From a virus, in the IMG/VR virus record IMGVR_UViG_3300025536_000182: a DNA stretch of 64,000 nucleotides, one strand, 5' to 3'. The stretch's first letter is position 1; every line of letters starts with the position of its first letter. Shown one piece after another: positions 1 to 7,919 of this stretch. Made by a program: the position numbers and the translations under genes. The notes under the pieces are model-generated. The model searched no databases. It saw only the letters and a program-made list of their open reading frames with translations, and was not told where the DNA came from.

Positions 1-1
1 G

Positions 2-439
2 CAGCTTGCAGAATTCTCGTCATTGAACTACATCAAAGAAGATCTCAATCTCAGACAGTCTTCAGATTCTTTTCGGGATGCGATGTATGTCTTGCTTGGA
101 GCTGACAAGTCGTTTAGAAAGATGGCACACAAGTTTGGAATATCGCCAAGACAGAACCAAAGAGTAAGGGCAAGACTTGATGACTGGCCAGAGAAGGATG
201 CAAAGAGAGTAATCCTTGAAGTGATGGGATCTTATCTCTGTCCTTGTGGATGCGGAATGAATCTTGTGACATCAAAGAGACATGTCGACTTGACAAGTGA
301 CAAGTTCTTTTGGGAGATAAGATTCAAGGACAAGAAATTCAAGATTCCAGAAAAGTACAGACAGAAATATAATATCACTCCGATTGCAATAGCTGAAAAA
401 GTCTGGGGCAAAAAATTCAAGCTCGCAGTATCGGCTTAA
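2..439 (+). CDS. 3' part of the 358-aa hypothetical protein (full copy at 41938..43014)
   Basis: Translation is identical to the C-terminus of 41938..43014; contains CPCGCG. Confidence 0.85.
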   Translation, partial: QLAEFSSLNYIKEDLNLRQSSDSFRDAMYVLLGADKSFRKMAHKFGISPRQNQRVRARLDDWPEKDAKRVILEVMGSYLCPCGCGMNLVTSKRHVDLTSDKFFWEIRFKDKKFKIPEKYRQKYNITPIAIAEKVWGKKFKLAVSA

Positions 440-733
440 CCTTTCTTATTATTGCCAAGTTCGTACTAACATCATAAACTGCGCTTGTGCAGCTATGGTC
501 AGTGTTCGGGACGCTAGAGCGGATTCAAAACCGCACCCGTTTTATATTCAATTAAGGTAATTTTAAAATACTATTGTAATATTGTAATATCGACCAAGAA
601 TGCATAGGAATAGCAGCATTTCAAATCCCGTAGCTGGGGGCAATAATACCAGTAAGAAAACAGCTATTGATTCAATAGTTGAAAATACCCAAGGTCTGAT
701 TAGAAAGGACCTTCTTTTGGAGAACGATTCATA

Positions 734-853
734 ATGACTGATGTCATATGTGGAGAATGTAGAGATCCAGTAAACGATGGTATTGGTTCTCATCCAAAAT
801 GCAGAGACAGAGCTTGTACTGCACAAATGAAACGTTATGGAAGGGCAATCTAA
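734..853 (+). CDS. Small Cys-rich protein (39 aa)
   Basis: Hand-translated MTDVICGECRDPVNDGIGSHPKCRDRAC...; its TAA overlaps the next ATG (TAATG). Confidence 0.55.
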   Translation: MTDVICGECRDPVNDGIGSHPKCRDRACTAQMKRYGRAI

Positions 854-993
854 TGGCAAAAAGAGTTACCCTTATGATGGACGAGTCAATTGACAAGAAG
901 CTCAGACTCCAGCAATCAAAGCAAATCAAGGAAACAAACGCCTCAGTAAGCTATTCGCAGGTAGTCAATGAGGCACTTGCAAAGGTGCTGTAA
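853..993 (+). CDS. Ribbon-helix-helix DNA-binding protein, Nitrosopumilus-type
   Basis: MAKRVTLMMDESIDKKLR...SVSYSQVVNEALAKVL shows the beta-strand/helix/helix pattern; ATG at 853 is coupled to the upstream stop. Confidence 0.75.
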   Translation: MAKRVTLMMDESIDKKLRLQQSKQIKETNASVSYSQVVNEALAKVL

Positions 994-1305
994 ATGGACT
1001 CTGGAAAACAAATGATCTTCGAAGACAGAAGAAAAAAAGCAGCAAAGGAAGTCATTCTGAAACGAGTCGGGGAACACACTTTCAACGTTGTTGACAAGGA
1101 AGGAAACTTCAAGTATAAAGTCTCAACCGTTCCAGGAAAGGAAGACTGCGAGTGTCCAAGCTTTGTGCAAAACAACACAAAGAAACATGATGATGCAACA
1201 GGTGAATTCTTTCTCTGCAAGCACATCTATGCTGCACAGTATGTGGAAAGTCTGGAAGAAACAATCAAGGAAAATTCCACACATACAAAGGAGATGGCAA
1301 GCTAA
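994..1305 (+). CDS. SWIM zinc-finger protein
   Basis: CECPSF-x17-CKHIYAA matches the CxC...CxH SWIM signature. Confidence 0.85.
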   Translation: MDSGKQMIFEDRRKKAAKEVILKRVGEHTFNVVDKEGNFKYKVSTVPGKEDCECPSFVQNNTKKHDDATGEFFLCKHIYAAQYVESLEETIKENSTHTKEMAS

Positions 1306-1931
1306 TGCCTTTCCTCAAAATATCAGAAGCCAGGGATGCAATGAAGGGAAGCTTTGTTGGAACCATCAGGTCAGCAGGAGATCTAAAGTCTGGAACCAAA
1401 GACGGAAGAGACTGGACAAAAAAAGTATTCATCATCGAGGATGACAGTACGGCAGTCGATATGGTAGCTTGGGGAGATGACATCTCAAAGTTCAAGGTTG
1501 GAAACAGATACGAGATTGTAAATCCGTTATGGAAGGAATACAACGGTGACATCACCGTAAACATCAGCAGGTACTGCCAAGTCAAGCTGATAGGAACTTC
1601 TGGAACCCAGTCAACGATGGAAGCCTCAACACAGTCTGCTCCAACTCAGACAAACACAACACAGTCAACTGTCCCACCATCTGACGAATATCTACAGAAT
1701 AGACAAAAAGAGATTCTTGAAAAAGAGGCTGCAAGAAACAAACAGATTGAAGAAAAGACAAAGTCTGTATTCACAGCAGAACAGCTTGTAGACATCGACA
1801 GCGAGCTTGACAAGCTGATTGTCCTGGAATCAATAGTGACAAAGAAACTAACAGGTGAAACATTACCAAATCCAGCAAAAGTCGGAATGTTGATGAAGTT
1901 TCTTTATGACAAATTAGGGGCAAAACAATGA
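1305..1931 (+). CDS. ssb: Single-stranded DNA-binding protein (single OB fold, archaeal SSB/RPA-like) with a S/T/Q-rich linker and helical C-terminus
   Basis: IIEDDSTAVDMVAWGD...FKVGNRYEIVNPLWKEYNGDITVNI parallels the crenarchaeal SSB pattern DETG-V-L-LWG...GQVV-I-NA...FKGQVQLN. Confidence 0.85.
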   Translation: MPFLKISEARDAMKGSFVGTIRSAGDLKSGTKDGRDWTKKVFIIEDDSTAVDMVAWGDDISKFKVGNRYEIVNPLWKEYNGDITVNISRYCQVKLIGTSGTQSTMEASTQSAPTQTNTTQSTVPPSDEYLQNRQKEILEKEAARNKQIEEKTKSVFTAEQLVDIDSELDKLIVLESIVTKKLTGETLPNPAKVGMLMKFLYDKLGAKQ

Positions 1932-2128
1932 CTGATTGCGCGTCATGTGGAAACAGATTGGAAACTCTTGGTGGTAGAATGAAACCTTTCTGTGCAGTAG
2001 AAGAATGTACAAACTATGATAAAAAATCCACAAGACAAGCTGAAAGATTATTGGGACCAAAGAATCAAACCCAATAACTTTCTTTTTTATTTTTTCTTCT
2101 TTATTGTAATTCAATCATAAAGATACCA

Positions 2129-2314
2129 ATGCAGTACATCGCACAACAAAAGACACTGACTGGCGTAATCTTTCATTATGCAAATGAAGATCACGTCGTA
2201 GAATCACTATTCTACACCAATGATGAATTGGACACAATGGCTAACGTTTCTCCCGAATTCGGGGAAGCTGTTGAATATACCTCAAAAGGTATGAAAAAAC
2301 CATTAGACTCATAA
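2129..2314 (+). CDS. Hypothetical protein
   Basis: 61-aa ORF after a T-rich terminator; no motif recognised. Confidence 0.6.
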   Translation: MQYIAQQKTLTGVIFHYANEDHVVESLFYTNDELDTMANVSPEFGEAVEYTSKGMKKPLDS

Positions 2315-2377
2315 TGTAGAATAACATCTATTTTTTTTCAAATAGTTCTCTAGAATCATTACATCTAAAATCAATCA

Positions 2378-2662
2378 ATGGAAGTTTCAATCATCTATCT
2401 ACCTGATAACAAAGTGATAGGACATGAGACTCCTGGGGATTCTGTTTTGTATGTTGCTAAGATTCCAATCTCGAAAGAAAATCCTGAAGGACTAATAGGA
2501 AAATATCATCTGAAATGTTACAACTGCGGATTCATTTGTCATTTGGGAAATCATACAATACAAATCATAAATGAAAAAGTAACTCTAGATCCATCAGTAT
2601 TATGTCCAATTGAAAAATGTAAAGCTCACTATTGGATAAAAGACGGAGTGGTTATACTATGA
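2378..2662 (+). CDS. DUF6527-like Cys/His protein, paralogue 1
   Basis: CYNC...VTLDPSVLCPIEKCKAHYWIKDGVV aligns by eye with the C-terminus of 3011..3280. Confidence 0.65.
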   Translation: MEVSIIYLPDNKVIGHETPGDSVLYVAKIPISKENPEGLIGKYHLKCYNCGFICHLGNHTIQIINEKVTLDPSVLCPIEKCKAHYWIKDGVVIL

Positions 2663-3009
2663 AAGGACTGCTAATCTTTGAAAAAAATCATGACTTGCAA
2701 GTACTGACATTTGTATGTGACGTATGCAAGAAAGAGCATTCAATCTTTGTACATGAGGGAGAGCCTTTTGTAAAAACATTCTATGACAACTCTGAAAAAC
2801 CGTACAACGTAAATGTCTGGGGCTACAAGAGAGGGGATAATTCAATCATCATAGACCAATTTCTAGTAATAGACATGGTATTTCATCCAAGCTTTAACAA
2901 CTCACAGCATTGCGGATATCACTCAAGTGCAAACTGGAAAGTCGAAATCAAGACAATCAACGCAGATGAGATTGTAACTGATGAAATGAATCATTGGTTA
3001 CATAACTAA
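2659..3009 (+). CDS. DUF6527-like Cys/His protein, paralogue 2 (divergent)
   Basis: FVCDVCKKEHSIF...W...FHPSFNNSQHCGYH; ATG at 2659 overlaps the upstream stop (ATGA). Confidence 0.5.
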   Translation: MKGLLIFEKNHDLQVLTFVCDVCKKEHSIFVHEGEPFVKTFYDNSEKPYNVNVWGYKRGDNSIIIDQFLVIDMVFHPSFNNSQHCGYHSSANWKVEIKTINADEIVTDEMNHWLHN

Positions 3010-3010
3010 A

Positions 3011-3280
3011 ATGAAACAAAATACAATAACTGCAAAGTTTTCAAAATTTATTCCAGAAGTATTAGAGAATGGAATCCTGTACGTATCACTTGAATATCAT
3101 ACTGCAACTCACAAATGCTGCTGCGGATGCGGAGAGAAGATAGTAACTCCATTGAATAATGATTGGTGGAAACTACAGATGAATGGAGAATTAGTGTCAT
3201 TGAGTCCATCAATTGGAAGCTTTAGTCTGGCTTGTAAATCACATTATTACATTAAAGAAAATAAGATTCAATGGTTGTGA
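3011..3280 (+). CDS. DUF6527 family protein, paralogue 3
   Basis: FIPEVLENGILYVSLEYHTATHKCCCGCGEKIVTPL...VSLSPSIGSFSLACKSHYYIKENKIQW is the characteristic family pattern. Confidence 0.8.
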   Translation: MKQNTITAKFSKFIPEVLENGILYVSLEYHTATHKCCCGCGEKIVTPLNNDWWKLQMNGELVSLSPSIGSFSLACKSHYYIKENKIQWL

Positions 3281-3400
3281 TGATTGATGGATGAGAAACC
3301 TAGAAAAATATTTTTGCTGATCTTTCTGATGAACAAGCTAATTATGGAAGGTCTTGAAAATCCAGAATCTGACGTAGGAAAACTAATGAGGTTATCATAG

Positions 3401-3535
3401 ATGTCAAAAATAATCAAGATGTACTGTCCTGTATGTCATGAGATATGCGGATTCACTGACGAGGAATTATGTGTCAAGACATATGTGACATTACACGAAG
3501 AATGCTTTAAGAAAATAAATCCAAACCAATCTTAG
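3401..3535 (+). CDS. Small zinc-finger protein (44 aa)
   Basis: Hand-translated CPVCHEICG...LHEEC. Confidence 0.55.
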   Translation: MSKIIKMYCPVCHEICGFTDEELCVKTYVTLHEECFKKINPNQS

Positions 3536-3769
3536 AAATGTGCAACTCACTTTCATGTCCTCTTTACTTTGTAAGATCAAACTCTGATAGATCATGGAAG
3601 CCTTTGATTTTGGATTCTTGCATGACAAAAAGAATAGAGATGCTAAGGAACCAGGGAATAGAGACACATGGATGTTGTTGTGGTCATGGAAAAACACTGC
3701 CCTCAATAATCTAACTGTGTTCAAACGAACAAACATAATCCTAAGAATCATCTGTTATCTTTTTGCACT

Positions 3770-4024
3770 GTGGCAATATCTGAAACAGAGCAATATGTTA
3801 TTCTAAACGCAATAGGATTCCTAGGACTACACGAGCAGAAGATCAGGACATTTCTTAACGAGTACAAGAACAATCCCTCACAGCAGCTTGAGGATGACAT
3901 CAAGACACAGATCAGGCTGATGAGAAGGCTGCTAAACACATTGTTCACAAGAAATACAATTACTGCAGAAGTCAGGGGCTATACAGACCAGGAACTAGTA
4001 AACATGAGAATCAAGCAAGAATAA
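3770..4024 (+). CDS. Hypothetical protein
   Basis: 84-aa helical ORF with genome-typical codon usage. Confidence 0.6.
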   Translation: MAISETEQYVILNAIGFLGLHEQKIRTFLNEYKNNPSQQLEDDIKTQIRLMRRLLNTLFTRNTITAEVRGYTDQELVNMRIKQE

Positions 4025-4281
4025 CTTCTGTAATATCATTTTCACTCTATACAATCTGGAAGATGCGGTAGGGAGGAAGAGCATCAAGAACCATCAGGAC
4101 AAGCGAGAGAGATATCTTTAACTTGACTGATACTAGTCGAAGCCAGATGAAGCACTGACTCGGGGTTGGATGAGAGCATAGAAACCTGCGTACGAAAAGG
4201 GGATGCTCTTGTACACATCAGAATCCCGCTGAGGCCATAGACTCCCATAAAGATCAAATATGACATTAACAAAAATCAAGG

Positions 4282-4479
4282 ATGAACAAATGGACACTCA
4301 TTGGTGCATTTGTAGTTGGTGCAACAGCCATGTTTGTCATAGGGATGTACATTGCAGAATACTCTTCTGACCCAGCATTTGCCATATGCGACCAGCTTGA
4401 CAAATACCCACTGACTTCATCAGAAAGAAAAGTTCTACATGAGAAGATACTGCAGGACTATGGCGTAAGATGTCCATAA
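4282..4479 (+). CDS. Small membrane-anchored protein
   Basis: N-terminal hydrophobic helix WTLIGAFVVGATAMFVIGMYIA. Confidence 0.65.
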   Translation: MNKWTLIGAFVVGATAMFVIGMYIAEYSSDPAFAICDQLDKYPLTSSERKVLHEKILQDYGVRCP

Positions 4480-4532
4480 ATTCAAGCGAATGATTCCACA
4501 AAGATCAAATATTATGAATATGATTACCAATT

Positions 4533-4715
4533 ATGAATGGATTAAAGTGTAGTATCTGTAACGAACCATTAACCATTAACAGTTTTGTTGTAGCAAGAAA
4601 GGACGGCAATCATATCTCAGGTCTTGTACATGCAAGCTGCTCAGTAAGAGAGGAAATAATGAATCCTAACAATCAAGCAGATTTACTTTGCAGTTTTAAT
4701 GTTGAGAATAGATAA
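4533..4715 (+). CDS. Small zinc-finger protein
   Basis: CSICNEPL...HASC (CxxC...HxxC). Confidence 0.55.
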   Translation: MNGLKCSICNEPLTINSFVVARKDGNHISGLVHASCSVREEIMNPNNQADLLCSFNVENR

Positions 4716-4854
4716 CAGATCATCATAAATTCTAGTATCATAATCACAAATCATGGGGTAGGAGTTGATTTGTACGGTTCTCTGAACTTTTCATTTCTAG
4801 GCACTCTTACCCCTTTACAATACTTCACTAATTCAATCTCACAGTTAATCCGGT

Positions 4855-4929
4855 AACGTGGTGGTGTATGGCAGACAACATATCGGGCTCATATCCCGAA
4901 GTGCCTAGGTGCGATTCCTAGACACGTTA
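4855..4929 (+). tRNA. tRNA-Met(CAT), initiator-like, with non-canonical features
   Basis: Hand-folded cloverleaf: acceptor AACGTGG/ACACGTT (A1:U72, G7.A66 mismatch), D-stem GTGT/ACAT, anticodon stem TCGGG/CCCGA with loop CT-CAT-AT, T-stem CTAGG/CCTAG with loop TGCGATT, A73, no encoded CCA. Confidence 0.8.
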
Positions 4930-4993
4930 TTACAAATTACTTCGTTTATGATATTTTATCGCACTAATTGCATGTGTTTATTCCTAAATCAGT

Positions 4994-5599
4994 GTGATAT
5001 TTTCCGCATTTTTGGAGCTGGTGAATTTGGTAAAGAAGCAAGGTAACACAGCAGACAACAAGGAAAAAAGACTTCAAGAGCTAGAAAAGATTCTAGATAA
5101 ATTTGACAAAGAAGAAAAGAAACCATCCCCATCTGAGATACTGTCAGAGCTTGCAAAGAAAGGATTCAAGATTTCAAAAAGAACATTGTATGATGACTAT
5201 ACAGACCTTGCAATCAGTGATCCATTTGTCCAAGATCTAGCTAACAAGTCATATTCAAAAATAATTCATGATTGCTTTGATTCAATAGAATTTGCAGAAA
5301 GAGAAGCAAGGGCAATACTAAAAAAGAAATGGACCAGGTCAAAGGCAACAAAAAAACAAGTCTTTGTAGATGGTGCCAAACAGACAGTGGCAGAACAGAC
5401 AATAACAGAAGAGATTGCAGAACCACATCTAAGAGCCATTGCAGAAATCAGGGAATGCTCAGAGACCAAGATCAAACTATTGGGCGGAGACATCATCAAG
5501 GCATCCGCAAAGAAATGGTCCATACAGAGAATCAAGGATCAGCAAACCATCAATGACCTTAATGCCAAATTACAGGAGCTGAAGTTAAAATCCAAATAG
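4994..5599 (+). CDS. terS: Terminase small subunit (putative)
   Basis: HTH-like SPSEILSELAKKGFKISKRTLYDD followed by coiled coil; lies immediately upstream of TerL. Confidence 0.65.
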   Translation: MIFSAFLELVNLVKKQGNTADNKEKRLQELEKILDKFDKEEKKPSPSEILSELAKKGFKISKRTLYDDYTDLAISDPFVQDLANKSYSKIIHDCFDSIEFAEREARAILKKKWTRSKATKKQVFVDGAKQTVAEQTITEEIAEPHLRAIAEIRECSETKIKLLGGDIIKASAKKWSIQRIKDQQTINDLNAKLQELKLKSK

Positions 5600-5781
5600 T
5601 AAAAATCGGGGATGACTACATTCCAGTTGGAAAAGGAAACGATGTTTTTAATGAAGCTGATTCGCTGATTGACGGTTATTCTCCAAGTGAGATAGTTCTT
5701 CCTCCAAAGGACATACTGTATGATTATGAGAAATTCTTCACCTGGGCAGGTGGCGTACTTCATCCAAGGTTAAGAGATGAA

Positions 5782-6666
5782 TTGGGAAGACCAATGAGAA
5801 TTCTAAAACCATTCTGGTATCAGACAAAGTTTGCAGAGATGAAAAGAGGTGTACTGCTTGGATCAAACAAACTAGCAAAGACAAAGGGAGAATTAATCAG
5901 AGACATTCAAACTAGACTCTGGCCTGAACATGCAGGGTTTGACATGCTGCTAGTCGGACAGAACCAGACCATGGCAGACGAGCATTTATTGAATGCAAAA
6001 AAATGGATGCTTGCAAGTCCTACACTGAAACCGTTTCTGATTGTAAGGCCTGAAAACAGATTCAGACTCAGGGAAGAAAAATCAAAGATGAAGATGCTGT
6101 ATGTTGAGAATCCGTACGAGCCAGAGAATCCGTCAAGAATAATATCAATCGGATTTGCAGAGTCTCTAGCTTACTCTTGGGAAAAAATAGACAGACTGCA
6201 TGTCTCAGATCCAGGACAGAATTCAAGAAAGAACCAAATATCATTTTTCTCCGGATTGTTTTCCAGACTTTCAAACACAGAAGGTGACATCAAGTTTGAG
6301 GGAGTAGCTAGCAAGAGATCAGGCTATTGGTGGGACCTATGCAGAAAATTATTTCCAGAACACATCAGTGACGAATACGAGGATGTTGAGGACCTGCTAG
6401 ATCCTGACAGAGGACGAGTTTTGGAGATGGAAGAATTTCAGACAATGGCAACCAGTTTTGACAAATTGTTTCTAACAGCTGACGACGGACTGAAGGTAGG
6501 AATCATAACAAAAGACTGGCTTGACTATGCAAAGGGAATCATGCCATATGAAGAATATCTGAGGATATACTACTGCAAGTTTACAAAACAGGAGGGAGCA
6601 ATTTTTGATTCTATAAAGATAGGAGGACATGAATCACTTGGAGCTGAGGACATTCTAAATGACTGA
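5782..6666 (+). CDS. terL: Terminase large subunit, ATPase domain only (frame open from 5563; true start probably near 5590-5600)
   Basis: PFWYQ (Q motif), GSNKLAKT (Walker A-like), LHVSDP (Walker B-like), EGVASKRSGYWWDL (motif III-like), YLRIYYCKF...GAIF (end of ATPase domain). Confidence 0.75.
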   Translation: MGRPMRILKPFWYQTKFAEMKRGVLLGSNKLAKTKGELIRDIQTRLWPEHAGFDMLLVGQNQTMADEHLLNAKKWMLASPTLKPFLIVRPENRFRLREEKSKMKMLYVENPYEPENPSRIISIGFAESLAYSWEKIDRLHVSDPGQNSRKNQISFFSGLFSRLSNTEGDIKFEGVASKRSGYWWDLCRKLFPEHISDEYEDVEDLLDPDRGRVLEMEEFQTMATSFDKLFLTADDGLKVGIITKDWLDYAKGIMPYEEYLRIYYCKFTKQEGAIFDSIKIGGHESLGAEDILND

Positions 6667-6811
6667 TACAAAAAAAATTGCATTGTCTTTGTATTTACAT
6701 GACCCAAAGAATCGTAGTGATTTTGAATGGGGTCTTAAAATAATCAATAACTATCTTGCATCATTGAACCCAAGCTTGACACCTAAACAGAAATTGGAAT
6801 TACTGAAATGA
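6659..6811 (+). CDS. Small hypothetical protein between the TerL halves
   Basis: Hand-translated 50-aa ORF MTDTKKIALSLYLHDPKN...; overlaps both neighbours. Confidence 0.55.
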   Translation: MTDTKKIALSLYLHDPKNRSDFEWGLKIINNYLASLNPSLTPKQKLELLK

Positions 6812-6960
6812 GATCTGATTCTTGGGACAAAAAAGAAAAGGAACCGTTTAACGGATTCATGAAACCTGACAAGGTAGAACACGAACACATCTTTGATGGA
6901 ATGACTGGAAAGTGCATCTACTGTTTCAAGACAAGAGAGGATCTGAGAAAAGAATGGTAA
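6808..6960 (+). CDS. Small zinc-binding protein between the TerL halves
   Basis: HEHIF...CIYC; ATGA and TAATG coupling to neighbours. Confidence 0.55.
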   Translation: MRSDSWDKKEKEPFNGFMKPDKVEHEHIFDGMTGKCIYCFKTREDLRKEW

Positions 6961-7118
6961 TGTCAGTAATCACAAAAGCAAAAAAAGAAGTAATGGAAAA
7001 ATGGCAATCATCTGAAAAATACCCTTGGCAGAAATCAATCAAGGAATTGGACCTGTACATTGAAAGAAAAATAACTCAGGGATACTGCATATGCAATCAG
7101 AGGTGTTCAATTGGTTAG
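6960..7118 (+). CDS. Small hypothetical protein between the TerL halves
   Basis: MSVITKAKKE...CICNQRC; coupled start at 6960. Confidence 0.55.
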   Translation: MSVITKAKKEVMEKWQSSEKYPWQKSIKELDLYIERKITQGYCICNQRCSIG

Positions 7119-7803
7119 CGTATCAATCCATGACCCAGGAGGATGGGCTGACTCTTTTTGCAACGTGATGGCAGAAGTAAACACACATGAGATTCAGCTT
7201 ACAGATGCAATATTTTGGAACAAGATAAAATTTCCAAACCTCACTACAAGAAAAATAAAAGATGACATTGCAAAGCTGAACAGACACTTTCGTTTTGACT
7301 ATCATCTCTGCGAGACAAACAATCAGGGCAACATGATAATATCTGATTTGAGATCAGAGTACAAGATTCCTGTAATTGGAATCACGACATCGGGAGCTTT
7401 GAAGACTGCAAAGGCGCTGAGAAAAGGCTCATCACTTGACAAGGACAAGACAGTCCCTTGGGTTATGAAGTTCATAGAGGATGGAATAATCAAGCTTCCA
7501 AGAACACTGACACCAGGACTCAAAGAGGGAATGGAGCAGATAAAAAACTATGGAGTCTCAAAGTCTGGAAAATATGAGGCACTGTCTGGCCATGATGACT
7601 TTATCAGCTGTCTTGTAATTTTAGTACACTGGGCAAAAAGAAAGATGATAAAATCAATCGCATCAAAGACGATTGGCGTGGGAAGTGGAGACCCATATGC
7701 TGCACTGTCAAACACACCGTATGATATTGCACTCAATGCCATGAAGAAAAGATTTGACAGTATAGGAATGCAGCCAGATAACATCGATGTGTCGTTTCCT
7801 TAG
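7111..7803 (+). CDS. terL: Terminase large subunit, RNase H-like nuclease domain (stand-alone gene)
   Basis: IHDPG...DSF, CETNNQG and GHDDFI correspond to the acidic catalytic motifs of terminase nuclease domains. Confidence 0.85.
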   Translation: MVSVSIHDPGGWADSFCNVMAEVNTHEIQLTDAIFWNKIKFPNLTTRKIKDDIAKLNRHFRFDYHLCETNNQGNMIISDLRSEYKIPVIGITTSGALKTAKALRKGSSLDKDKTVPWVMKFIEDGIIKLPRTLTPGLKEGMEQIKNYGVSKSGKYEALSGHDDFISCLVILVHWAKRKMIKSIASKTIGVGSGDPYAALSNTPYDIALNAMKKRFDSIGMQPDNIDVSFP

Positions 7804-7919
7804 TTCTCTTTTTGCATTCTTCTGATAAAACATCAATTGGTTAATCAGAACATGTGTCCTTATTGCTTTGAGGTTTTACAAAATGATTCCTGCATCGAAT
7901 GCGGATTCAGGAGAACAAA

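Noticed and set aside
507-539. tRNA T-arm-like hairpin GCGG-ATTCAAAA-CCGC inside CGGG/CCCG
   Set aside because: No matching acceptor 5' strand, D-arm or anticodon arm could be built; more likely a simple hairpin after the upstream gene.
4071-4235. Resemblance to RNase P RNA conserved regions (GAGGAA... and ...CAGAAtcccGCT)
   Set aside because: The two segments are not complementary as helix P4 requires; kept only as a generic ncRNA candidate.
5329-5556. 75-aa + strand ORF inside terS, in the same frame as the TerL ATPase
   Set aside because: Separated from the TerL frame by stops at 5554 and 5560 and fully overlapped by terS; no evidence it is translated.
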